A stretch of DNA of 49,947 nt, counting the filler, from Jimgerdemannia flammicorona (taxonomy: Eukaryota), in NCBI GenBank assembly GCA_003990765.1. It is 2 parts of 2 records of this genome, joined end to end, with 100 filler letters (N's around TTAATTAATTAA, not from the genome) between each part and the next. Parts side by side here need not be neighbours in the genome. Positions count along the whole stretch, not along the records: positions 1 to 24,925 come from RBNJ01000906.1; positions 25,026 to 49,947 come from RBNJ01000907.1. The stretch is one strand, 5' to 3'. Of this stretch, positions 24,274 to 38,162 are shown piece by piece (the stretch's first letter is position 1; every line of letters starts with the position of its first letter). A model generated the notes under the pieces. That model saw only the letters and a program-made list of their open reading frames with translations, made no database searches and was not told where the DNA came from. The translations under genes were made by a program, and so were the position numbers.

Positions 24274-24925
24274 CAAACAAGACCCCAGCCCAACCTATCA
24301 GAAACAAAGAAGAACAATTCTATAAGAAAATTGAAGATGGATATATACTAAGTGGCTGATGTCTCTATGGTAAAGGAATGTATTCTTCTCAAATAATTGA
24401 GGATTGCTTCTCTTGTGTCAATGAACTGGCTCAAAGAAGAGCCAATAGTAGGAAAGCTCCTACAACTGAAATCACTACCATTGGATCAAACAAACTACTT
24501 ATACATCAATTGAGCATCTGTCAAGATTATGATAGACAGTGGTGCCTTGGACAACTTCATCAATGAAGAGATAGCCAACAGACTCAAGGTCTTCACCTCA
24601 CCAGTACAACAAACTCAAGCAGTTGTCACAGCTGATGGAGTCTCTCATGTCATTAGCAAGAAAGTCTGCAACCTGCCCTTCCAAATTGGTGACTACTGAG
24701 TATATATTACTCTCTAGATTGTATCACTTCCTGACAATGAAATCATCCTTGGAACCCCATGGTTAAAATAAGAGAACCCTATGATTGATTGGGTAAACTA
24801 TTCTCTGACCATCAAGAAAGGATGCCATAACTTCAAACTGTAAGGCAAAAAGGACCCACTCAGTTTCAGTAACTCTGGACTAAAGATCACTGACATCTTT
24901 TTTTTTTTTTTTTTTTTTTTTTTTT

Positions 24926-25025
24926 NNNNNNNNNNNNNNNNNNNNNNNNNNNNNNNNNNNNNNNNNNNNTTAATTAATTAANNNNNNNNNNNNNNNNNNN
25001 NNNNNNNNNNNNNNNNNNNNNNNNN
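24926..25025. other. Assembly gap with artificial TTAATTAATTAA linker (24970-24981)
   Basis: 100-nt N block containing a six-frame stop linker. Confidence 0.97.
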
Positions 25026-28000
25026 AAGACCACTTTGTCAAACACTATCTCCACCTGCCCACTGCTCTGGCTACAGATCCCTTCCACCAGTCAGCAATGT
25101 TGCCCACCCTGGGGACCCCAACCAACCCACCACCCAGTAAGGAGATCCCCCACCAACTCCTCCCACCTCACCAACTTCTCTGGCATCCCTATCCAGCACC
25201 CTTCCTTAAAAACAAATAGCTAATGTCCAGCCAACCCTACCCACACTGCAATAACCCACCCTACCATGAGCCACCCATTGCCAACACCTCCCACTAGTCT
25301 AGATTTAAAATCCTCCCAGTGACCTCTCTCTCCATCTGGCCTTCTTTCTATACCTAGCTGGTCCCCTATAGCTATCCAAAAGTCTCCCAAAACCTCGTAC
25401 TCTCCCAACCAATGTTCTGGCATCTGCACAAAACCCCCAGCCTACCCTACATTATAGCACTCCTCACAATCCAATTGGCCTCCATCTACCAGATGCCAAG
25501 CATGAAAATTTTACATAATATTCCTCCACAGTATTCACCACTATACTACCCAGAACTTAGAGGGAAGCCACCGCCGCACCTCAGTACTCCAGACCCAGAT
25601 TCCTGTCCAGTCCCACTCCTCGCCAATTCCTACTGTCTGCCAACTACTCAGCTAAAGATCCTGGCCAAGTCCCCGCTGACACTCAACTCCATCACTAATA
25701 ACAAACTCAGTAAGTGGGACCCCCCCTAGCAACAGTCTGTCCCATTGCCACATAGCAGGGCCCCACACCACCTCCCCTTTATTATCCTGCCAGCACAGGC
25801 CTATCTGGTGTACCCCTTCCACTACCCCCCACCAAAAGCCCTTGTACCATAGCCACCAACTTCTATTTAGACCCACCAGAGAGAGCAAGTCTCCTGAGGA
25901 CCCCCAGGGTGAGAATCTCATCTCCCACACCTTCTGCATCAGCAGTACCCATCCTCCGCCTTGTAGTTCAGCAGCTCTTTTCAACCACCAAGCTTGCAGG
26001 CAGTGTAGCTATCTAGGAAAGTCCACAAGACCTAGGCCTCCCCTAATCACTAGCTCTACAAGAGTATTCCAACTAATCTGAGATCTTCTTCCTGTCTAAA
26101 TCTAATCCCAAGCCAGCTTCATCAGCCTCTTCACCACCCAGGCTAGAAAGTCCAAGTGATATGCCACATACTATAGCTTGGGGAACCAGTACACATTCAG
26201 TATTGCCACCCGCCCTGCCAGAGAGATGTGGTGACCCCCCCAACCTCTCAGAGCCTCTCCCCAAATGACCACCCTTCTCTCTCACCACACTCATGGCAAG
26301 ACTGATCCATATACAGAAAGGAAGATACCAAGATACCACACCACCTCTCCTGTGGGGACAATTGTTCCAATAATGTCCCCTCCTACCAATCCATTCCCCA
26401 ACACCAATGTCTCACACTTATACCAGTTGAGTTTCACCCCAGAGTATGCCTCATACCATTCCACTGTTTCTGTAAGTGCCTTGACATCTGCCACCAATCC
26501 AAGACCAACTACCATATCATCTGCAAAAGCCCCCACCTTCCACACTACACTGTACACAGAAAGCCTGGCCACCCTCCAATGGATCCTATCTATCAAAGGT
26601 TCCAAAGAAAGGGCATAAAGTATAGGGGACAGTGGGTCTTCTTGAGGAACACCTCTCCCCAAGGGAAATGCCAAACCCCTGTGACTATTATACATCAGCA
26701 CCGCTCTACTATCCTCTATCAAACTCAACATAGAGGCTCAAAACCATGGTGGGATACCAATTCTGTCCAGAACCTTGCCCAGCCATACCCACCAAACACA
26801 GTCATAGGCCTTCTCCTGGTCCAAAAAGACCAGTCTACCATCCAGCCCACAGGCCCAAGCCCCTTCAATAATGCCATGCACCCAGGCAGTCCTATCTCTG
26901 ATAAGTCTCTCTCTCACAAAACCCCACTGCTCCTCACCCAGCACCTGTTGAGCAACCTTCTGCAGCCTTGCAACAATCACTTTAGTCACCAACTTCTGGT
27001 CCATATCCAAAAGCATGATCAGCCTTCAATTCTTCCAGTCCTCTCACCTGCTCTTATCTTTGTACAATAAGGCCACCAACCCCAAGTCCTGCTCTCCAAC
27101 CCACTTGCCATTTAGAAGAACATGGTCACAGAGGACAGCCATCTCTCCTAACACTCCAGGGACCTTTGCCATCTTCTTCCAGAAGTTCCAAGATAACCTG
27201 TCCTCCCCTGGCACTGTCCTAAGCTTTATTGCTGCAAGGACCCTCTTGATCTCCTCCTCTTGGACTGGCAGGATCAAGTCACCCAGGCCCTCTACCTGTG
27301 GTGGCTCCCACTCCTCCAGTGTGTCCCCAATTGCCTCTTCATCAGCACCCCCTTCTTCTTCACTTCACAGACCCTGCCATCACTCCTTCAAGACCCCCAA
27401 GATCTGTTGCATGCTATGCACCATATCTCCCTCAGCATCAAAGACCCCCTCTCACTGTTGTCACACCCTCCTAGCTTTGAGGAGCCTAGACAAGTACCTA
27501 GTAGGCCTCTCTCCCTCCTCAAGCCCCTGCCACCATAGCCTGGCAGCCATCCCTCACATATGAGTCTCCTCCTCCTCTCTCAACACCTGTTGTAGTTTTA
27601 CTACCTCCAATCTCGCCTGCTTGAACCTCCAATCCTCCACCTCATCAGAAACAAGCAAATCAGCCCATTCCAACTGCAATCTCATCAGCCTATTGGAAGC
27701 ATACCATATGTGCTTCCTCCTCTGTCTCCCAGCCTCCCTACCAGCTCCTCTCTAAAAGATCTATACCGCCTCTTTCAACCTCATCCAACAGACACTCACA
27801 GACAGACCCTCATGCCTCCAGATAAGAACCTTCACCTGGATGTCTGCTACCCATAAGTCCCACAACCCCTTCTCAGCCAGCAGGGAGGAGTTAAGGCACC
27901 AATGTCCAGGTCCATCTCTACTCTCCCCAAACTGCCCCTGCCCTAACAGTCCCCAGTGATCAGACCACAGGCACCACACCATCTCTAAAGTCTTCCAGAT

Positions 28001-28791
28001 ATCAGCACCCCAGCATTCGGCTGCCAAAATCCAGTCAATCCTCATGCCTAACCCATTCACTCAATGGATGTAGACCCTGGCATTGCCCCACCGTGTTCTT
28101 CTCATATCTCCAAAGGAGCTTAGGTTCTCCACCTCCTCCCATGCTTCCAGACCACCACTCCTCCCACCTGCATTCCTCCCTCCATCAGTTCTATCCAGTC
28201 ATGGATCTTGAACTATATCAAAATCACCCCCAAGAACATCAACTCCTTCCTCCAAGAGAATACCCTCCTCCATCAGCTCCTTAATCCACACAATCCTCTC
28301 ACCCCTAACTGCAGGGCAGTAGCAGGAGCCCACTCTTACTGATTCCCACCCTGGTCAATGCCATTCTCCTCAGACCAAGCGATCACCCCAGCTCCTAATT
28401 CTCACCAAGTTTCCTCTATCCTTCTTTACCAGAATCGCTACTTTGCCAAACTAAGCAGTAGCTCCACCCCATTCCCTAGTCCACTCCACCTGATCATCCT
28501 CATCCTCACACTGTACATCCTATAGTAAAAAGGATCAGCCTCCAATCTCTTAAGCCAAGCAAAAATGTTCTTATGCTGCCCAGATCTCTGTAGCTCATTC
28601 ACATTCAGAGAGAAAATATTAGTTGTACTGTTCATAGAAAATACTGTTATTTATCAATCACATCCCTACAAATCTACATTCAAGTCCTCCTGTGCTAAGT
28701 CCAAGTCACATTTAGCAGCCAGTTCCCTCTTCTCAGCTTCCTGTGCCTCCAACCCCCCCAGAAGTTCAACCATTGCCCCATCCTCTTTCTC

Positions 28792-31700
28792 TTTTTATTT
28801 TTTTTATAGTCACTTGGACTCTTCCTTTATTACACCCATCTATCACATATAAGTACAGTGAACCCACCCCCTATCTAATCCCCCTAGGGGGGCCCCTCCC
28901 CCCTACCCCTTCTCGATAAAACACCACTCTATCAAATACAATCCCCACCCTCCCACCACTCTGTTCACACATCCTCACCACCAAACCTCATCATTGCCCT
29001 CCTGAAAGACCCCAACCTATCCACCATCCAGTCATCAGATCCCCCAACAGCTCCTCCCACCTTAAAACCTTCTCCTGTAGACTCATCTGTCGCCCCTCCT
29101 CAAACACAAATCACCAATGTCCTGCCAATCCCACCCAAACTACTAATACCCACCCGATAGTGAGCCAACTATCACCCACTCCCCCCACTAGCCAAGATCT
29201 CAAATCCTCCCAGCAATTCCCCTCATCCACCAGCCTGTGCCCCACACCCAGTCTATTCCCTATTTCAACCCAAAAGTCCCCCAAAACCTCACACTCTCCT
29301 AGCCAATATTCCAGCATCTGTACCAAACCCCCAGCTTGCCCTACATTGTAACACTCCTCACAATCAAAACAGCCACCATCCACCAGATGCCCGGTGTGGA
29401 AATTCAGCATGACATTCCTCCGCAGCATTCACCACCACACCACCCAAAACTTGGGGGGAAGCCACTGCCATACCTCAGCACTCCAAGACCAGATACCTGC
29501 CCAGTCCCACTCCTTGCTGATCCTGACCGCCTGCCAACCCAAAGATCCTGGCCAAGACCCTGCTGACACTCCACTCCATCCCCAATATCAAAAGTAGTAA
29601 GTGGAGTACCCCCCAGTAGCAGTCTATTCCATCACCATATACTAGGTTCCCACAACACCTCCCCCTCATTGCCCTGCCAGTGCAGACCAATTCTGTGCAC
29701 TCCATTGACCACTCCCCACCAAAAGTCCTTAAACCACAGCCTCTGAATTCCATTAAGCCCTACCAAAGAGAGTAGATTGCCTGAGAACCCTCAGGGGGAG
29801 GTTCTCATCTCCCACACCTTCTGCAGCAGAGGCACCCAACCCCCTCCATGCAGTTCAGCTGCTCTCTTCAACCACCAGGCTCGCAAGCAGCACAACCTCT
29901 TAGAGAAATCCACAAGGCCAAGACCTCCCCTGACCACTGGTGTTACAAGAGTATCCCAACTGATCTGGGACCTCCTCCCTGCCCAAATCCAATCCCTAGC
30001 CACCTTTGTCAGCCTCTTCACCACCCAAGCTGGGAAGTCTAGGTAGTAGGCCACATACCACAGCTTAGGGAACTAGTATATATTCAGAATTGATACCTGC
30101 CCTGCTAGAGAGATATGGCAGCCTCTCCAACCTTGAAGGGCCTCTCCCCAAACCACCACCCTGCTCTCCTACCAAACTTGTGGCAAGATAGAGCCATACA
30201 CAGAGAGAAAGATGCCCAGATACCATACCACTGCACCAGTAGGAATAATTGTTCCAATGACGTCCCCACCCACTAGCCCATTCCCGAGCACTATAGTCTC
30301 ACACTTATGCCAGTTGAGCTTTGCCCCAGAGTGATCCTCATACCATTCTACCATCTCCTTAAGTGCCTTGACATCTGCCACAGACCCAAGGCCAACCACT
30401 ATATTATCTACAAAGGCTCCCACCTTCCACACTATGCCATAGATAGAGAGCCCTACCACCTTCTGGCGAATCCTATCCATCAATGATTCCAATGAGAGGG
30501 CATAAAGAATAGGGGACAGGGGGTCCCCCTGAGGAACCCCTCTTTTCAAGGTAAATACCAGACCACAGTAACTATTACACATCAGCACCACCTGACTGCC
30601 CTCTAGCAGATTCAATATAGAAGCCTGAAAACCTGGAGGAACACCAATACGATCCAACACCTTGCCCAGCCAAACCCACCAGACCTGGTCATAGGCCTTC
30701 TCCTGGTCCAAGAAGACCAACCTTCTATCCAGGCCACAAGCCCGGGCCCCTTCAATGATACCATCACCCATGCAGTCCCATCTCTTATAAGTCTGCCTCC
30801 AACAAAGCCCCGCTGCTCCTCCCCCAGCACATGTTGGGCAATCTTCTGCAGCCTTGCAACAACCACCTTAGTCACCATCTTCCTATCTATGTCCAAAAGT
30901 ATGATCAGTTGCCAGTTCTTCCAGTCTTCTCTCCTCCCCTTGTCTTTGTACAATAAAGCCACCAGCCCGAGGTCCTGCTCTCCAACCCACTCACTACTCT
31001 GAAGAACATGATCACAGAGAGCAGTCATTTCACCCAAAATGCTGGGGACCTTAACCATCTTCTTCCAGAAGTCCTATGGTAGTTCATCCTCTCCTGGTGC
31101 TGTTCCAGTTTTAGTTGCCACAAGGACACTCTGGACCTCCTCACCTCACACTGGCAAGGCCAAGTCATCCAGTCCAGCCACTTGTGGCAGCCTCCATTCC
31201 CCTAATATATCTTCAATAGCTGCCTCATCAGCACCCCCTTCTTCCTTACTCCACAAACCCTACCATCTCTCTTTCAAAACCCCTAAGATTTGTTGTATGC
31301 CGTGTACCATTTCCCCATCAGCATCTAGGACTCCATCCCACCAATGTCTCACCCTCCTAGCTTTGAGCAGATGGGATAAATATCTAGTAGGCCACTCACC
31401 CTCTTCAAGCCCCTGCCACCTTAGCCTAGTAGCCATACCCCGCATATGCATCTCCTCCTCTTCCCTCAACACCTGTTGTAATTCCATAATCTCCAATTTA
31501 ATCCATGCTAACCTCCAATCCTCCACCCCATCAGAAGTAAGTAAACCTGCCCAATCTATTTGCAATCTCCTCAGCCTATTGGAAGCATACCTTGTGCGCT
31601 TCCTCCTCTGTCTCCCAGCTTCTCTCCCAGCCCCTCCCCAATAGACCCTCATAGTCTCTTTCAATCTCATCCAACAGACACCCACTGACAAACCCTCACA

Positions 31701-34626
31701 CCTCTAGCAAGAAACTTTCACCTGAATGTCCTCTACCCACAAATCTCACAACTCCTTCTCAGCCAGCAGGGAGGAGTTAAGGCGCCAATGTCTGGGTCCA
31801 TCTCCACTCCCCCCAAACTACCCCTGTCCCAACAGTCCCCAATGATCAGACCATGGGTACCATTCCACCTCCAATACCTTCCAGACATCAGACCCCCAGC
31901 ATTCTGCCATCAGAATCCAGTCAATCCTTGTACCTAAGCCATTCACCCAATGTGTATAGACCCTGGAGTTGCCCCATCATGTTCTGCCCATATTCCCTAA
32001 GGAGCTCAGCCACTCCACCTCCTCCCATACATCCAGGCCTCCACTTCTCCCTCCTGTACTCCTCCCACCATCAGTTCGGTCCAGATGCTGATCCCGAACC
32101 ATATTAAAGTCCCCCCCAAGCATATCAACCCCTTCCACCAAGGGAATACTCTCCTCCAGCAGCTCCTTAATCCATGCAATCCTCTCACCCCTAACCACAG
32201 GGCAGTAGCAAGAGCCAACCCTCACTGACTCCCACCCCAGCCGATACCAATCTCCCCAGACCAAGCAATCACCCCAGCTCCCAATACCCCCCAAGTCTCC
32301 TCTACCCTTCCTCACCAGAATTGCCACTTTTCCAAACCAAGCAGTAGCCCCACCCCATTCCCTAGTTCACTCAACCCAATTATCCTCATCCTCACACCTA
32401 ACATCCTACAGTAAAAAGAGATCAGCCTCCAATCCCTTGAGCCAATTAAAAATGTTCTTATGCCACCCAGATCCCCTTAGCCCATTCACATTCAAAGAGA
32501 AAATGTTAGTTGTACTGTTCATAAGAGAAAAAAGTTGTATCATGAACCCACCCTCTACAATTCCACATCCCGCTCCTCCTACAACAAATCCAAGTCATGA
32601 TCAGCAGCTAGTTCCCTTTCACCAGCTTTCTGTGCCTCCAACCCTCCCAGAAGTTCTACCATTGCCCCATCTTCTCACTCCTCAAAGTCCTCATGATATT
32701 CCAGACAGGCTTCCTGCCAGAACTGCAAACTATACTGCTCTGCCCAACAGTATGCTGCCTGCTCACCAGTGACCACCACCAGCTCAGCCCTCCTCACCTC
32801 ATCAACCTCATATCCCTCCTCCTCCAGGAAAATCGAAAGAATCTCCCCCTTCAGTGCCTCCACCACTCCCTTGCCATGCAAAATCTGTGCCCAATGCTCC
32901 TCAGGCATTACCTGCAGGTCCACTTCCCCCAAAGTCTCAGCTGTGAGGTTATCCATCACCTTGCACATCCACAGCAAGTTCCCCACCTCCTTCTCTCTCA
33001 GAGTCCCCAGCTGTCCTATGTCCAACATCATGGTGTCAGCCCCTACACTGGCAGCCTCATCCCACTCCTCCTCAGGGACATCCACCAGTTCATCCTCGCC
33101 AACTGCCACCACCTGACCCCCTTTTTCCACATCAGGGACCCCAAAGTGTACTCACTGGGCCCCCTTCATCGGTATATCCTCTGTTGTCTGTCTCTTTCCA
33201 GCTAGGCCCCTCCTGATAAGAGGGGGGGGAGTTGTATCCAGCTCCAGCTCCCAGACCTCGAAAGTGCTGTCAGTATAGGGGTCCTTGCTTAGTATCTTTT
33301 CAGCCCCTTCCTTGCCTACCTCCACCTCCCCAACCCCTTTACTCACCCAAACACTGGCTTCAACACCCCCAGACCCTTCAGCTCCCACTGCCTTCTGCTT
33401 TGCCTCTACATTCATACTTGCAAGTAGCTCTCTCTGTCTCCTGTGCTCCTGTGCCCACTCCCACTGCTTCCTGTCAGTATGGATGTGTTTCTCATCCATA
33501 ACCTCCAGATGCATCGACTCCTCATATATCTTCCAGGCCCTTGTCCTCCTCTCCACAGCTCCACTCATCTCCTCCAGTACCTCCAACAAGTCCTCCTCCT
33601 CCTCCTCACTCCTCTTTACCCTCGACATCTTACAGATAAATGCCCCCCACATCAGTACAGAAGGCCAGTCACTCACCTTCCCCATGACCTCCTTGTCTGC
33701 TAGCCGAATCCTGACATCAATGTCACCTGTCCTGATCATTGTCCCCTCCCACACCTGAAAGCCAATATCCACCATATCACCATACTCAACCATCACCTCC
33801 TCCACCCTCTTCCTAGTCTCCTCCTTAGTCACTGTGGGCACTCCCTTCACCAGAAGCTGCACCACCCTGGGGTCCCATCGCAAGCACTACACCATGGGGA
33901 CCACCACCTCTCTAACCACAACTCCAGTCTTCAGCACCTCATCCAGTGGGCCTGCCTCCTCAAAGCCCACCTTGACCCCCTCCAGACCCTTCAAGAACTT
34001 CACCGAGACCGCCCTAGCCACCTGCTTCAAAATAAGCCCCAGAACCATCCTTGCCGTCACTGCCAAGCCCCAGAAGCATAAGGTCACCGCGAACTCTGAG
34101 ATCAACTTCTTGAGCAATGGGGTCACCACCAGCCCCATTACACCATCTGCCAGATCCCCCTTCCGCATTGGGAACCCCTGCCCCACCTGGCCATCAGCCA
34201 TCACATCTCTTTTTTTTTTCTGATTTCCTGTCACACTCCCATCAACAGTCACACCCCCAGCCACAGCACCTCCAGCCCCTACACCTGCACTCCCAGCCAG
34301 AGCACCAGCCCTAGTACCAGCCAGTCACCCACTCCCCTTAACCTTGTCTGTGAAGCTTGGGAGACCAGACCTTCCCTCATTGCCACCAGACACCAGTCCC
34401 TCTCCAGAGCCTTCTCCACTCTTTGGCCCTCTGAAGGCCCCCATCCCCAGGCCATAATTCCTCCCCACCTACTGCCAGTTGAAGGCCCTAGGTCTACCCA
34501 ACCTAGTACATGCACCTGTATGTTCATTGCTTTCCATGTTGCTAGTCACCTTTCACCAAAAATATTGTTGAAAGTATTGCCTGAGTCTTGTGTCACCTGA
34601 ATGTTACCAGTGAAAGATGGCTCTGC
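28792..34626 (-). mobile_element. LINE copy 5, full length, inserted in ORF1 of copy 4
   Basis: A-rich tail at ~28792-28806; ORF1 34537-32555; ORF2 32522-28871. 16-bp TSD CCCCATCCTCTTTCTC (28776-28791) / CCCCATTCTCTTTCTC (34627-34642). Confidence 0.95.
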
Positions 34627-36640
34627 CCCCATTCTCTTTCTCCTCAAAGTTCTCATGATACTCCAAACAGGCCTCCTGCCAGAGCTACAAACCATGATGC
34701 TCTGCCCAACAGTAGGCAGCTCACTCATCAGCAATCACTACCAGCTCTGCCTTTCTCACCTTATCAACCTCATATCTCTCCTTCTCTAGGAAAATATCCA
34801 GAATCTCTGCCTTCAGCACCTCCACCACCCCATCTCCTCACAGAATCCATACCCAATACTCCTCGGGCATCACACACAGATCAACCTCCCCCAACTCCTC
34901 AGCCACAAGATTATCCATCACCTTGCTCATCCACAGCAGATTCCCCACCTTCTTTCCTCCCAGAGTCCCTGGCTGCCCTGCATCCAGCATCATAGTATCT
35001 GCTCCTATACTGGCAGTCTCATCCCACTCCTCCTCTGGGACATCCACCAGCTCATCCTCACCAACAGCCACTATCTGGCCCCCTTTCACCACATCTGGGA
35101 CCCCAAAGTGAACTCACTGTGCCCCCTGCATCAGCATATCCTCTACTGCCCCTCTCTTCCCCACCGGGTCCCTCTTAATAAGTGGGGGTGGGGTGCTATC
35201 CAACTCCTGCTCCCAAACTTCGAATGTATCATCAGCATAGGGGTCCTTGCCCAGCATCTTCCCAGCCCCTTCCTTGTTCACCTCCACCTCCTCTTCTCCT
35301 TTACTAGCCCAGATGCTGGCTTCAACACCTCCAGACTCCTCAGCCCCATCCAACTTCTTCTTCACCCCTCCTTTCATACTCGCTAAAAACTCCCTCTGTC
35401 TCTTGTACCCCTGTGCTCACTTCCACTGCCTCTTGTCAGTGCGGATATACTTTCCCTCCACAATCTCCAAGTGTGTTGACTCTTCATACTTCTTCCAGGC
35501 CTTTGCCCTCCTCTTGACAGTCTCACTCATCTCTTCTAGAGCCTCCAGTAGATTCTTCTCCTCCTCCTCACTCTCTTTCACCCTTGACACTCAACAACTG
35601 AAAGCCCCCCATAGTATCACCACTGGCCAGTCACTCAACTTCCCCATAGCCTCCTTCCCTGCCAGTCAAATCCTGATGTCAATATCCCCAGTTCTGATGG
35701 TGGTTCTCTCCCAAATCTGGAAATCAATATCCACCACATCTCCATACTCAGCCATCACCTCCTCAACCCTCCTCCTCATCTTGACTGCTGTCACCATAGG
35801 CACCCCCTTCACCAGCAGCTACACCACTCTGGGGTCCCACCTTAGGCAGTACACCATAGGGACCACCACCTCTCCAACCACCACTCCAGCCTTCATTGCC
35901 TCATCTAGCATGCCTGCCTCCTCAAAACCCACCTCAATCCCCTCCAGCCCCTTCAGAAACTTCACTGAGATAGCTCCTGCCACTTGCTTTGAGATAAGCT
36001 CTAGGACCATCCTTGCTGTCACTGTTAAGCCCCAGAAGCATAGAGTGGCCGCAAACTCTGAGATTGATTTCTTGAGTAATAGAGCCACCGCCAGCCCTGT
36101 CACACCATCAGCCAGGTCCCCCTTTCTTTTTGGGCCCATCTGTCCAGTCCCCACATCAATAGTTACATCTGGATTTTTTTTCAGATTCTCCATCATGCCA
36201 CCATCAGCAGTTCCACCACTACCCCCAGCCACTACTCCACTTCTGCTACCTCCTTCCAGTGAAGGCCCAGCCCCCCCAGCATTCTCAACCTTCTGCTTCC
36301 CCTTCCCTCCGGTCTGTCCACTGCGAGCTCCTATTGGCCAACCTCCAGTCCTCAGCATGTCCACAAAGCTCCTTCCCTGCTGCCCTCCAGCCCCCCCACT
36401 AGTGCCGCCTCCACTGCCCAAGCCACCCTGCCCACTTGAGCCACCAAAAGACCCCATCCCAAGTCCATATCCTCTCCTGACATGTTGCCAGTCAAAGGCC
36501 CCAGATCTGCCTGACCTAGTATGCATGTTGGCTCGCTTGCTGGTTGATATTATCTTAGTACCTTTCTCCAATAAACGACTTGAAAGTGTGTTGTAAAATG
36601 TGTATAACATGAATTGTAGAAGAGAAAGGTCACCTGTATC

Positions 36641-37445
36641 TGATCTGGATGCTGGTATATATTGATGATATACTAATTTATAGCAAAATAGTAGAGTTAC
36701 ACTACACCCACCTCAGACAGATACTGATCCTTCTGTAAGAACACCAGCTCTATGCCAAGATAAGTAAGTATAAGTTCTATTAAGACCAGATCAAGTACCT
36801 AGGACATATCATCTCTGCTGAAGGTATCAATGTAGACCCCTGAAAAGTATCAGCTCTTAAGGATATTTCCATCCTCACTACCCTTAAGCTACTTCAGTAC
36901 TTTCTGGATATTGCTAGTTACTACCAAAGATTCATCCAAGAATACCCTACTTTTGCAGCCTCACTGACCAGCCTGGCCCATAAAGAAGTGAACATCAAGA
37001 CTGAATAGGCCCCCAAGTGTACCCAGACTATAGACTATCTCAAAAGACTCCTTACTGAAGCCCTAGTGCTAATTGCACCTGACCCTACCAGACTATTTAC
37101 CCTGATCATAGATGCTTCTGATATTGCCATTGAGGTAGTACTTAGTCAAGAAGATCACTCAGTGGCCTATCTTTCTCAAAAGTTCAAGCCAGCTGAGACC
37201 TGATATACTATCCATGAGAAGGAGCTCCTGACCATTATCACTGTACTCCAGAAATAGTACTATTTCCTCCTAGGACAACTATTTGTAGCCTATACTAATT
37301 ATCATACTCTGCAATATATTCACATACAGTTCATACTAACTTATAGACAAGTCTGCTAGATGGAAATCATTACCAATTTTGGAATGAAAATCAAGTATAT
37401 CTCAGGCAAAACCAACCATATGACTGATGGTTTCTCCAGATATAT
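36641..37445 (+). mobile_element. Gypsy B segment 2: C-terminal half of RT and RNase H (decayed)
   Basis: LVYIDDILIYS, YLGHIISAEGINVDP, IDASDIA, HEKELL and DGFSR. Same strand and domain order as segment 1; the N-terminal half of RT is missing. Confidence 0.85.
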
Positions 37446-37849
37446 TGTAATGGTTCTAGTTTCTAAATGAGGAAGTAACTAGTTCTGGTAGTTCTAAGTA
37501 GCTCGAAGAGATACTTAAGGATTCAAGTGTTCTCAAAGGATTTCTGAGAGAAGATATTCTGAGACTTTATTTATGAGAACAAAGGGGATATTTATATAAG
37601 ATCTGAAAGAAGGATCCAGAAAGATCTGAGAAATCAAAGGAAAATGCCAAGAGGAAAGTTCTCAGCAAAGATGACAAATGATAACAAATAAAGTTCTACA
37701 AGTTTCCAGGACATTCAGTGACTAGCTAAATAAGTACTAGTGGATGCTCAGCACCAAGAAAGGATTTCTAAGTATTTGGAAAGTACTGGAAGGTTGTTGA
37801 ATATTGAGGAAAGATAGAGAAAAGGAATAAACTATGCTAAAATGTTACA
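37446..37849 (-). repeat. 3' LTR of Gypsy A2
   Basis: TGTAA...TTACA termini with the PPT adjacent. Confidence 0.96.
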
Positions 37850-37862
37850 TCTCCCCCTCCTT
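37850..37862 (-). promoter_or_regulatory. Polypurine tract AAGGAGGGGGAGA
   Basis: Immediately precedes the 3' LTR on the minus strand. Confidence 0.9.
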
Positions 37863-38162
37863 AAGAATCAATATCCTTGTTGAATTCTCAAAGTTACATA
37901 TAATAAACAATAAGACTAAAAGAAACTTCAAATAAAATATGTTAGCTCATTGACAAGGACTGGCCATCCTTGTATAAGGTGAGGGCCAAAGTATCATCTT
38001 GATCAGATGAGAACTGGTTCAAACCTCATTGGTTACAAGATTTATAGAGTTCTCCTATATCTCTTATTTCTGATGCTATATCCTTTAGAGTGCCCTGATG
38101 CTTAATGTGCCTTATCAGTACAGTATGTCATCTACTATCCAAGGAGAGAACCTCACAGGCAG

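Larger units (their letters stand above)
21884..24897 (+). mobile_element. Gypsy family B segment 1: gag, CCHC knuckle, dUTPase and protease (decayed)
   Basis: Capsid-like LTFNSTAQEVQSF and FKGPTEE***; knuckle YFYC*KTGHIASAC (23748-23789); dUTPase; MIDSGALDNFI..ILGTPWL..ENP.IDW. Confidence 0.88.
24898..36624 (-). mobile_element. LINE copy 4, full length, split by copy 5 (pieces 24898-28791 and 34627-36624)
   Basis: Poly-T at 24898-24925; ORF2 ATG at 28635; ORF1 resumes after copy 5 and starts near 36550. Degenerate 16-bp TSD AAAGATCACTGACATC (24882-24897) / AAAGGTCACCTGTATC (36625-36640). The link to the tail crosses the assembly gap. Confidence 0.88.

Noticed and set aside
24970..24981. TTAATTAATTAA palindrome within Ns
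   Set aside because: Artificial scaffolding linker with stops in all six frames, not biological.
35247..36596. Long Ser/Thr/Pro-rich ORFs antisense to LINE ORF1 (also 142-993, 10074-10880, 44303-45451)
   Set aside because: Shadow frames: antisense stops need in-register TTA/CTA/TCA codons, which are rare in the G-rich sense strand. Starts and ends are not conserved between copies.
37863..38162. Possible extra ORF between the chromodomain and the PPT of Gypsy A2
   Set aside because: Multiple stops in the frames I read, no motif, and only one copy in the window to compare.
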